A DNA stretch of 64,000 bases, from assembly GCA_001949185.1 (NCBI GenBank), contig BDGG01000004.1, positions 211,620-275,619 of the forward strand, given 5' to 3'. Every line of letters begins with the position of its first letter. The first letter of the stretch is position 1. This document shows positions 23,440 through 34,524 of this stretch, one piece after another. The stretch comes from Ramazzottius varieornatus. Taxonomy: Eukaryota; Animalia; Tardigrada. The position numbers and the translations under genes are program-made. The notes beneath the pieces were generated by a model. That model was given only the letters and a program-made list of their open reading frames with translations, searched no databases and was not told where the DNA came from.

Positions 23440-24680
23440 TTAGCATAGTGAACAAACAGTTGATCGTGTTTTCGTCATAGGCGGCTTGGCGACCGGGTGG
23501 GGATCTTTTTGTTCGTGAGGAATCTACAGTAAAAAAGCTGAAAAAAGATCCATCCACCTTTTAAACTACTCAGAACGAGAGGTCCTCCTACCTGAGCAGC
23601 AACGATATCTTGCTCGAAATCGGCTCGACCAAGGCGTAGGCCTAGCACTGTAGCTGTAATCTTGCGGAATAGCGCGTGGACGCCATCTCCCGACTGAGCG
23701 GATACCAGGGCGATTTCCGCTATAGAAGTCTTCTCTGTGAACTCTCTTATTTTTTCCTGTTTCACTGCACGGATGTGCTGCATGTCCGCTAGAAACGTCA
23801 CCGGTCTCGTATCGACTGTCACAGAAAAACCGTCACGGAAAAAACGTCTGGCCTACATTTGTTCCCGACTAAGGCCAAGAAGGGTTCGGTTTTGCCAGTC
23901 ATCAATTTATCCCCCGGTTCCGCGAAGGTGGTCTGTTCGGTGAGAATATAATTGCTGGCTGTGTACCAGTCGTTGAGCTTCATGAAAGACGCGTTGTTCG
24001 TGATGTCGTACATGAACATTAGAACCTGAATAAAAGCAGGACGTATCGACTGATCACCGGGCTCGAAACTTACACGGCACACCCATGTGCCACTCGGGTC
24101 CCTTGCTATGTTGCGCAAACACGGGATCTTACATGAGCTTCATGAAGGTAACTTCTCAGCATTGGGCTTGCCAGCGTGCCCGATCCACCAGTGTCCCAGA
24201 TGTGCAGACTGACGTCCACATGACCTACAGCACAATCTGTGAAGCAGGTTACCGGATCGTTCAAAGGTGGAACGGAAAGTCAGATATGCATATTCCAGAA
24301 GTTCAAAACTATCTATATCCGTTCGGAGTCCTGCAATCTCTGCCCGAAGGAATTGTGGGTTCGGTCTGCGCCACATCAGCGTACCTGGAAAAGTTAAACG
24401 TTTCCTGTGGAACTCCACGCCGCTCGTCTGGATCGAGTCGCAGCTGAAACGATCTTCTAAGAACCTTTGGATCAGGGAGCTCTACAAAAAAGCGCCGCAA
24501 ATTTTTGTGAGGACGATATGTACCGGAAACCGTACGTGGAAGGACAGAGCCCAACTGTACTGCTGAGCGAATGGAGTAAAACCTTACCTTGCCAACTCCC
24601 GGTTCTCCTAATATCACAATCTTGAGCACCGGTTCCGACTGAGATTCTCCGGGACGGTCGTAAGAGTCGAACCCATCCAT
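23440..24680 (-). CDS. RAB28: Rab28-like small GTPase. Exons 24680-24588, 24481-24385, 24224-24133, 24025-23857, 23788-23592, 23523-23440
   Basis: P-loop GEPGVGKS, G3 WDTGG (Rab28 has WDIGG), YDITNNASF, LVGNKSD and VSAQSG. The C-terminus is a single CaaX-like CSLC*. Confidence 0.8.
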
Positions 24681-25358
24681 CTCGGTATAATTGCAGGCGG
24701 TTATGTCAGCCGGCTTTCCAAACTGGACATGGCTATTTTGATCACCTTGGACGAGGTTAACCTAAGAGTGGAGCACGTAAGGGACATAACATTACTGTAG
24801 TTGAAGGAACCCGCAATTCACTCGAAAGTAAGATTTATCCTACAGAGACGACAAAAAAATACGTCGGGTCTGTGTACGATTCGAACACTGTTTCCTGCGA
24901 AGTAACTTGTTAAGAAATAGTCGAACAACTGCAGCTGCACTACATATGGTTTTCTGCGTTGCAGTCCCACTGACTATGGTTCTGTGGGAATACGTCGTTG
25001 CGGTGAAGCTTGTTATGGAATTAAATATAACCGCGTCCGGGTTAGTATTCTTCCAGGTAAGCCACCTGTACGGCAGAGCGTGCGCATTTCATTCGTGTTG
25101 CCAACAAAGTAATCGATAGCGAGCTGCGTGTATAGCAGATTAGCATCTCTGGATAAAGTGTAATCAGCAAGCGGGGTGCTCCGCACCTGGTCCCATACAG
25201 CACTCAACTTTGTGCGGAATGGGCACCACCCATGAAAAGTCCTTGTACGTATGCGCCTTTGTGCACACGTACAAGAACTCAAATGCAGGAGCTTCCTTCC
25301 TCATCCTGCTCGTTCGACATTGGATCAACCGACAGACATACCAGTATGCTCAAATTAT

Positions 25359-27459
25359 CAGGTGTGGAAGTAAGACTTGTCCCCCCCTAAAACACTTTAA
25401 CTATAATTCATAGTTCTGCTCCCCCCTTCCTTTCGTTCCAAACACTTTTTTCTGTCAGTCCACCAACTCCCGTCCCTTGTTTGACACTTTATTATTGATT
25501 CAAGTTTCTCAACTCTGAGGTACGACAGGAATTATCAGATACTTTGGTTGAATAATGGATAACTGAAATTTCGGAGGTTTTGGTGTAGGAATTTAATCGA
25601 GGCACGAACCTATCTCGCACCGTCGACAATATCAGATCCGTGTTTGACGTTGAAACTTCTAACGCTTTTACTGTGGGTGATTGGTTCGATCGGGTTCGTT
25701 CTGAAGATGTTTCGTTCAAAAGTTTCCCTTACGGAAGACTGAAATCAAAAGTGAACGACAATGTACTGACCGATCATTTCACACCCGATTCTTCCCAAAC
25801 TATTGTGTAATTCCCACAAGACGAAGGTGTGCTTCCCTTAAGTTTCGCTGTGAATTCAAACGGAACGGGGAAGGCGAAAAAACAAGAGAAGTGAACACCC
25901 TACTTCGCGTACCTGAAAAAGAAACGCAGAGTTCGGCCTTTTCCCTCTTTCGGTTGCAAACAAGAACGAACCACATCGCTACCGGTAACAACGCGGTCAC
26001 TTCATAGAAGATAACTAAGCGAGAAATCGTGCGTTTTGACAGAGGTTAACCACCACAGAAAAGTTCGAACCGTGAGGGGCACTAAAAGAGGCACCATGAT
26101 AACATTATGATGGCCATCTCACACTCCCGACAGCCATAGATCTCTCTCACGCCGCAATGCGATAATGGTAGTCTGGATCTCTCTGGAAGAAGGATTATTC
26201 ACAGAAAACCTTCTCGTTCAACAGACGAAACTAATGCACGGACTCGACCCACCACTGTAGCCATGCTGCTAAAATCGGTTCAAAAACTGTGTTTGAACGA
26301 CATTTGCACAGACAACGAAAACTACACGATGCCGTTCTGAACTTCAAAAGATGAACAAAACACTTCATTGTTCACATCCAAAAGAAATCTTCTAAAAAGG
26401 GATCCATAAAAATACAGCGACCATTTTTCGAGCTCGTGGGGGTATCCTATGTCACCTGCTTCTTGACCGTTTTCCGTGTTCGCGAAAAAACTCCACAGCT
26501 ACGGATAATCTTTCGATCCACACATCGCCTCGAAATTAGTTAGGACAAAGATTTTTATACATGCGGCAAAGATAACTTGAAGTTTGTTCGGACCCGAAAG
26601 CAGATTTCGAGCTTCTCGTGGACCACGATATATACTGGGAAACTCGGAAAACTGCCTTTCACTGAACCACTGTGAAGTGCGAGCCTCAAATCTGGTCTTT
26701 CCGGCTCGCAAAAGGTGAGCCAAGTTATTTTTCACACGCCAAAACAGATTCCGTCTGGAAAACGGGCGCTTCTAAGTTTCTGGATAGCGTTTTTTGATGC
26801 TCAGTTTTCGGTCCTCCTTCCTTTCGTTTTGCAAAAAATCCCAAATTTGCTTTTCATTCTGCTCATCGTACGCATGTCTCAAACTATAAAACAGGGCCCA
26901 CATTGTACACGGAAAAAATCGGGAATTAACTGTGTGAAATTGAAATTTTGTCGGAAGCTCAGGTGGGAGGGATCAACTTGGCTGGAAAAGACTGTATCAG
27001 CTGCTCAACAACTAGGATTTTCTCCAGCCGGATAGAAGATTTTTGCCGGAAGTGAGTTTGAAAAGTGTCGTTGCAGAGTTTATTTTTCCTCCGCCCCCAG
27101 GCTTTTGCAGCAATGGAACTGTAAGGAACAGATTTGTTCGCTTACTTTGATAGCCAGATCGTGGCTATTTTCTACGAAAACTCTTCATCACGAAGCAAGT
27201 TAAAAGTTGGACGGATAGGGAATCGAACCCCCGCATGCTGCTTACATGGCGAGCACTCGCACCACTGGGCCATCCATTCTTACCTAGGCGCCTTTCGCGC
27301 ACTAGGTCAATCAATCCTTACAGAACGTAATGTCTCCCGAAAAATCTCGGGAGTGCCGTGCAAGTATGGGTGTACGAGTTGATCTAAAAGTCTGAGATAT
27401 GGCGTGAAAAAAACTTACTTCGGCAGAGGACAAGGGGACAAGTCATACTTCCGCACCTG
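25359..27459. mobile_element. Non-autonomous DNA transposon (~2.1 kb)
   Basis: TIRs of 26 bp, CAGGTGTGGAAGTAAGACTTGTCCCC / GGGGACAAGTCATACTTCCGCACCTG (24/26 match), with AT on both flanks. No transposase ORF is visible. Confidence 0.65.
27208..27279 (-). pseudogene. Degenerate tRNA-like sequence (tRNA pseudogene or SINE head)
   Basis: A-box TGGCCCAGTGG and B-box GGTTCGATTCC, followed by TTTT. The acceptor stem is partial and the D and anticodon stems are defective. Confidence 0.55.
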
Positions 27460-28300
27460 ATGATTCCGGCATTATAGTGCGACGGAGATCAACAAAACCG
27501 AATATCGTGGTACTCGTAATGACGATTGTTTCGACTGAGCATGCATGTAACAGAAGAAATACGTTTAGTGTGCCATGTGTGTGCTGTGTCGCGGGCTGGT
27601 ACATCTTTCAAAATTAAATTGAGCTACTTCTGCGACTTCCGCGAAAACTGAACTCTAGCCGAATTATGTCAACTTGGGTGGCGCTAAAGTACTCTGAGCA
27701 AGGCCCATAAAAACGGATTGATCAATCATCAAACAGCGTAATTGCACAGCGATCTTTGGTACGAGTATACAGTAGTACAGCAAGGATTTTTGGGTTCGTA
27801 CCAAGTTCGCCAATCAAAACCGGAGATACAGTAAAAGACCAGTACATGTAACCAGGCATGTGCTCCGTTGCTCGGTGCATGGAAATTGAAACTCCTCCTG
27901 GAAAGTTTCATTCGTCCCTTTTCCCATGCCGTTTGTGCTACAGTCCGGTCGCTCGAAATGTGTACAAACGTTTTCGCTTTCAGTTTAAGGCCTGCTAAAC
28001 ATCCACCAAACAGCATTCCATGGTGAAGTCCGAAATTACATCACACATACAGTACTCCGTACTCTTACTGGCATATTCAAATAATCAAGTCGCACGTTTC
28101 CGTTTGCGTGGGCAGGGTGAGCAGTATCGTTAACTTGGAATGATTTTCGTGTTCAAAAATTGGAAAATTCTGGACATATTTCAATCGACTGGACTGCACT
28201 ACTGATGAGTCTATTGCTTCTACCTTCTCATATGAGTGGGCAGGATGTTCGCAGCATGACCACTCAAATGATCTGATTTGTTGGTTGGCGTCAAATGTTG

Positions 28301-28580
28301 GCTGACGTCAATACAGGGCAGGGCAATCAAAAGGCTTGACTGCCCTTTCTGGTTCAGTTGGTTTGCAGCTGGTGCTGCTCTATCTTCCAGATTCTTTTCC
28401 GCCGTCTTCTCTGAAACACTAGCCTAAGATACAAATGGACAGGTATCTCAAGGTACTACCGAAAAGACTGGCCGGAAGAAACCGGTAAGACAGAGAAACA
28501 CCTGCTGCAAACCAGACAGCGGATTGCACCGGATGTGGCAACGAAGCCTTTTGATTGCCCCGCCCTGTGTTGACCTCAGC
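28301..28580. repeat. MITE-like inverted repeat
   Basis: GCTGACGTCAATACAGGGCAGGGCAATCAAAAGGCTT / AAGCCTTTTGATTGCCCCGCCCTGTGTTGACCTCAGC. Confidence 0.7.
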
Positions 28581-28824
28581 TCACTTCGATCGTTTGATTG
28601 GTAATATTATGAACGTTTTGCCCGCAATGAAATACGCAAAGCCACGCCCTACCAACAAAATCCTCGCATGTTGTTGAAACTTTTGCATACAACTTTTTCC
28701 ATCAATCGATCACCAGCAGTAGCGGAAACTTGCAGCTCGAAGCACCATTCAGTGCCCAACCACGTCGTGCACCGATGAAAAAAGCAGAGGAAAAATTCAA
28801 AACCATCGAAAAGCCGACGTGTTG

Positions 28825-29893
28825 CAGTGCAGATGGGCCAAGTGACTACCACCTGGCACATTGGCGTAGAAAAAAATCAGACTGTCTGCTTTTCTTTCGT
28901 TCTTTCACATGATATGTGCAACTTTCCCACGCTGCTTGCGCTGAGCTATAGCTTGTTGGTGTGCAGTGAGACCTTGGTCGCAAAAGCTGATTGGAATGAT
29001 TTCGGTGAGGGAGAGTTTTCGGCAGGAACAAATCGGACACTCTAGAACTCCATGCGCAATTATCTTTCCCCAGTTCGATTTTGACGGATGAAGACTATCC
29101 GGGTTCTTGTAAGAAAATAAAGAAGATCGCAAGAGGAGTCAAACCAAGTTGATTAATGAATTAAGACCGTCGAATTTGACCATTTTGCCCGCAAACCACT
29201 GCTCGTGAAAAAAAATATAATTCATGTTCCAAACCAAGAGCTCTCACCCACGACCGCTTGTCATGTAGCCAAGTCTCTGGACTAATGCTTTTGGGTGCCA
29301 AAGTTGCAAGGCCCTGTCAAACAAGTGCATGAGAATTTTCTGTAGTTCTCTCAAAATCAAAAAAAGTGGCCGATTCTCACGAACCCAGTTTTTTGCTAAA
29401 AGTCTTTCCCCACTCACGTTTCCCCAAGTCTGTCCAAAAGCGTTCCTAATTTCGAAAGATCAATTATTGGCTTCTCGTTCATGCTTTTAGTTGCCGGAAA
29501 AGATTCCAAAATATTTCGGGAAACCTTGTTTTCAGGCGCGCACCCTGTATTTCGGCCCAATTTCGATACAGTAGCTGTATCAGCGAATCAACAAGTGATA
29601 CAGAAGCAGTACTGTATCTTTCCCGGAAGTCAGGCTACCGTTAAACAATTTGCAATCAACAGTTCTAGTACAAAAGAGCAGAGGAGAGAAAATCGATATT
29701 TTCCCGAGGGAGAAACAGTGGAAAGTTCGCCTCGGAGCAGCTACGCGGCTGCACCCTCCCTAGTTCTGGGTTGATACTCGACTTCGTATAGACAATGTTT
29801 CTGGGCAAGTTATTTTTAAAGAGTAGCAACAGGGATACCAAATAAAGGAAAAATAGTTGTGAGGACCAGCCTACACGCAGTCGACAGCGCCGT
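28825..29893. mobile_element. Truncated copy of the Tc1/mariner-type non-autonomous element at 43481-44580 (inverse orientation)
   Basis: About 1.07 kb is near-identical to the reverse complement of 43520-44580, and the spurious ORFs are the same. Only one TIR (CAGTGCAGATGGGCCAAG) is retained. Confidence 0.9.
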
Positions 29894-30882
29894 CTCACCA
29901 CCGTTTGTCTAGACGTACCACCTTTCTTTCAGAATGGTTAATTAATTAGAACTTACAAGGGAAAGGCTCGCCTGTGGCTCGCTTTTCAAGTTCGCGGAAT
30001 GGCAAGTACCATGGTTGGGTTTGTTGATTAAATCATGACCTAGGAACTTGACGGAAGCTCGAAATTGTTTTCCTACACACTGACAAAACAGGAAAGGGAG
30101 GCGGTGATTAGGCGAAATATTGAGTTTCAATTTCATGAACTGCAACAGATTTCTTAAAAATAGTCAACGAGATTCGGCGAGACCGGTGAGCATGTATGGA
30201 TATGTCTTCATGCAGGAGTCACGGTATGTCTGGATCTGGAACCATCCAGATTAAATTCTGCAATGCGATTTGCAGATAGCTCAATTTCACACATCAGAAA
30301 TTCACTTTACACTCTTACAAAGTAATCATGTCTCAACTGGGTTTTCGAGAATCTCGCCATTGAATCACTTCGGATATGCCGGCACTTCAGTATGTGGTTG
30401 AATCCATCGAGTTCTAATTCGACGTTTATCCGGTCCAATCCAATACGGTTATTTGAAACGAGGAGAAACGAGTAACTGCAAGTATCGCTCCTGAACGAGT
30501 AAGAACGAGTACATGCGCTAGTGGAAACGAGATGCTAGTACTCGCCGGCCGAATAATCAGTTTGCTCGCCTTTCATTGGACCAACCCTAAAAACAAGCGG
30601 TTAACCGAGATGTGGGACGTCAGTACTCATGACCAGCGCCCCAACCAGTTTTACCACAGGGGAATTGTAAAGCATGCGAAGAAATCCTAGAAACGAGCCG
30701 CTGCGTGAAACGAATTCATTAAAAATATTTGAAATTCAAAAGATGATAATCTTTTTTTTCTCACGAAGCGAAGGAGGATTCGTTTCGCTTTTGCCACGAG
30801 AGAATTAATAGTCACTCGATTCAAGCAGGTGACTAATTTCCTTGATCAGAACTTCAGCTGGTTGACACCGTAGGGGAGCGTA

Positions 30883-31023
30883 CTGTATTCCCTCCAAGGT
30901 TTCGCGCAGTCACATCACAGGCCCATAAAATAGTACCTGGGGGTTGCTGACCAAACCATGGCTACCTGGGGATTATTTTATGGGCCTGTCGCGTGACTGC
31001 GCGAAACCTTGGAGGGAATACAG
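30883..31023. mobile_element. Small palindromic MITE
   Basis: CTGTATTCCCTCCAAGGTTTCGCGCAGTCAC...GGCCCATAAAATA pairs with TATTTTATGGGCC...GTGACTGCGCGAAACCTTGGAGGGAATACAG. Confidence 0.8.
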
Positions 31024-33542
31024 ATGTAATTCGTACTCGACTAGAGCAAGGCTCCCGTCCCGGGCAATCAAACAATCACAATGCATTTTGGCCAGCTCTA
31101 TTCAACTTGGTGGGCTAATTACTGTCACGCAGTATACCTGTATACTCATGGCGAACTTGAATTACTTTCGTCCGTCGTTCTGAGCAGAGTGGCACGAGCT
31201 TTGCAACTGCTGTAAGACTGCAACGAACGCTTTTCCGAAACAATATTTTGGAAACCCATTAGCACTCGTTTATCTGAATTCTACTGCTGGCTTTGCGATT
31301 CCCCTATGCTCGACTGACGCCTGGGACATCGCGGAAAACAGCGCTTGATATCGGCTGAATCAGTTCTAAATTTGGGTGCACGTGTGCCTCGCCGTGGATG
31401 GCAACGTAAGACAGGCGCGAAGTTTCGATTCGCGCATTTCGATTCCAGCGTTCCGAGTAAGTTTAAATCAGCCTACTCAAAAGCACGGAAATGAAAGAGC
31501 ACGTTCAACACCTCTTCGGAGAAACACAAAGTGGCATGATTCGAAAGTGCTGCCTACATGGTGATGCGATCTTGGTTGAGAAGTCCCTTCTGTTATGGTC
31601 CACGAAATCTTCAAAAGCTTTCTCCGGGCTATAATACTAGAAAGGGAGATGCTCACATGCGGCTCGGTCATTGACAAAATTACTACATGTCTGCAACCCA
31701 AAACTTTTTCCCTAGAACGAAACCACACGAAATTTCAAATGAAAAAGATGAAAAGCCCATCCCAACGACCCATCCTTCTTCCTTGCCTTACTTTCTCGGA
31801 ATGCCGGATACTGTACCACGAAGGTATTACGAGCTCACAAGCGGATTTTCGTTCGTCACGGAGGCCACTGGTTTAAATTTATCCAGAAAATATTCCCGAA
31901 TGCCAGCGTTTTCATCAACCTTGCACAGGTAGTCTAATGCGAATTTGTAGCTGCTAGTCCCGAATGACCTTTGCCTGATCCTCGGTGGTTTACTTAACTT
32001 CGTTGCCAATGTTGCAAGCGAGATCTGACTAGCTTTTTTGTCCAAAAATTCCTTCTCAAACGGTCCACGACCTCGTCAGAAGCTTTTTTCGGGTTATAAA
32101 TATGGTACCAGAGTGGGATATCGAAGCCCGGTCACTATGACCAAAGAGTAAGCGATGTTCTGGCAAGTTCAGAGAACAGGAAGGACTCACGATCCATAAA
32201 GATCCTGCTGTCGATAAACACTTCTTGCCACCTGTAATCAGATTAGAGGCGTGATCTAACTTTCTCCTCTCAGACTAATTAATGAAACCAATATGGCAAA
32301 AAGTGGTGCTCGGAGGTCTTGGTCGTGGCTCTTAGTTAGAAAGTGGTGTACGGAGTAAACGGTGGTGATGATCGGGATTGAAAGGTGGTATTAAGGGACT
32401 ATGGTGGTCGAAGGTGGTGTGCGGAGCCTGAATTATCTGAACTAAAACTGTATACCCTAATACTGAATTATTTATTCTGGAGTAAAACTGTAACCGAATT
32501 TGGGAGTAAAACTGAATACAACACTGGAGAAGATTTTCCACCTGCAACCAAGGGCCAACAAAGCATAAACTGTGCCCGTTCCTGAAGAACGATCAAAATA
32601 ATTAAGCACTGTTACTTACAAGTACGAGGAGCAAGACCCAACTTTTTTAACTCGCCAAACTGGTTACTACTTTTCTGACTAACGAATTTCTCAAAATCCA
32701 TCAGGTCCTGAAATTACAAATTAATTTACAAGTATCTCCCACAACCTTGCTTCATTCTGCGGCAGACAGAAGTTGGGAACATTGGAAGATCGTGACGAGA
32801 GAAATTCCAGAGTGGAAGCCATTCGAAGATGGCATCCGATGTTAGGAAGCACTCTTTCTGCAGAGGGCAGAACAAGGCAAGCCAGATTAAGCACACATGT
32901 GTCGAACCGAGCAGAATGACACATTTCTGAAAGTGTGCTCAGGGTTAATGATGACGCAACACAGCCGTTTTCATCCAAAATCGGAACGGCTACAACTTTG
33001 CTAACTTCCGAGCGAAAACGCATTGCTTTGACAGATTTATCTGAATCTCTCGGTGGACTTGCCGATCACTGAATCAAGGCCTAAACTGAACTGTGAATGC
33101 TAACTGGCTAAAACTTTGCTAACTTCTGCTCAGCCGCCAACTGGTTGTAGTCTAGATTCGCAGCGCTACCTTCACGATTTGGCTTAGCAAAGTGAGCTCG
33201 TTGGAGAAGTTGGGCCTCTCCTCGTACCCGAACTGATAGAGCGGAAGCCACAGCGGCACGCACAGCGCAATCATGAAGAAGATTGTACGCGTCATTGTTT
33301 TGACACATTGAAACGAAAGCGGTTAAAGCACGAGCAACGTGAGGGTGTACAATAAACACGTCAGTCTACATCAGCAGGTTTTGAAGAAGACCGGTAGACC
33401 AGCGACCTTGCCCACAGCTGTTTCCCGAACAGCGTCCGGGAAGATGCGGTATCTAACAGGGAAACGCGGAACCAGCTGCAGTTATATCAAAGTGAACAAC
33501 ATTGTTCGATCAACAAGCAAACCAGTTTGAACGTTGGCTTCT

Positions 33543-34321
33543 TCGCTGCGTATCGGCATGGGCATGTTGTCGAAGCTGGACAAGACGCTGGACATGGAAA
33601 TTCGACAAATAGCTGTTGGACAGCTGTACGGAACAATTGGATTGGACAAACTGAATACGAACTGCGCGTGAACGCAGCAGATACAAGAAGACAGTTTTTC
33701 GTGATCTCAGAAAAGAAGTAAAAGTGATAGAGCAAACGTCACAAAGCCCGATAGAAAAATCCCTAATTCAAAAAATTTATCGGTCAGCCAGGAGAATAAA
33801 TCAAATCAGCTGCGAATCTTATGCCGTATCTACTTTGGACTATTTTATAAATTATTTGTGCGCCACGCGATTTTCGGGAGGCCGGTATACAAAACTTACA
33901 AAGTCGCTCTGTCCAGTGGCGCACGGTTTTCGCCAATGACAATGCACACGTGCGCCGCTCGCGAGAACGATCATCCCATTTCGTTTGTCGACCCCTCAGA
34001 AATCGCTTAGCGCAGAGATAATGTGTCAAATTAGCCAAACTACGGTATTGGATTCGCAGATGGTTTGATTCATTCTAGTGGAATCTCAACGGACCTTAAA
34101 GTTTTTCCAATTATAGATAGTGCTATCGGACTTCATGACATTTGCATTATCAGTTTCGCTTCTTTTTTGAGATCACAAAAAACTGAGTTCGTGTTTCTGT
34201 TGCGTTCACGCGCAGATTGAACTCAGTTTGCTGTTCAGTACAGCTGCCTAACAAGAACTTGTCTAATGTCCATGTTCAGCGGGTTGTCCAGCTTTTACAA
34301 CATGCCATCGGCATGCAGTGA
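33543..34321. repeat. Long imperfect fold-back (~370-bp arms, short loop near 33940)
   Basis: Colinear reverse-complement blocks throughout, e.g. CTGCGCGTGAACGCA/TGCGTTCACGCGCAG, GTGATCTCA/TGAGATCAC, AAGCTGGACAA/TTGTCCAGCTT, GGCGCACG/CGTGCGCC. Confidence 0.85.
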
Positions 34322-34524
34322 GACACCGCCTCTTCTTTTGCAAGAGTATCGGAACTCGGGTTTGCCGGCTTCGGTCTTGCCCTTAACACTGGTGTTCTGA
34401 ACATTTGAGGATACGATAAAGGGAGCTCATCAGCTTCCTCTTAACTGAAGGCACAGAGAAGAAGGCTAGTGAGGCAACAGGGCAACCAGACGGTTTGATG
34501 TTTGATTCTCACACATCGTAAAAA

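Noticed and set aside
27208-27279. Functional tRNA gene
   Set aside because: The acceptor, D and anticodon stems are mismatched. Kept only as a relic.
28827-29901. Duplicated small ORFs (also 43360-44578) as a gene family
   Set aside because: They are incidental frames inside two copies of a non-autonomous transposon.
31480-33110. Possible decayed coding sequence
   Set aside because: Only short, stop-interrupted frames with no family motif I can recognise.
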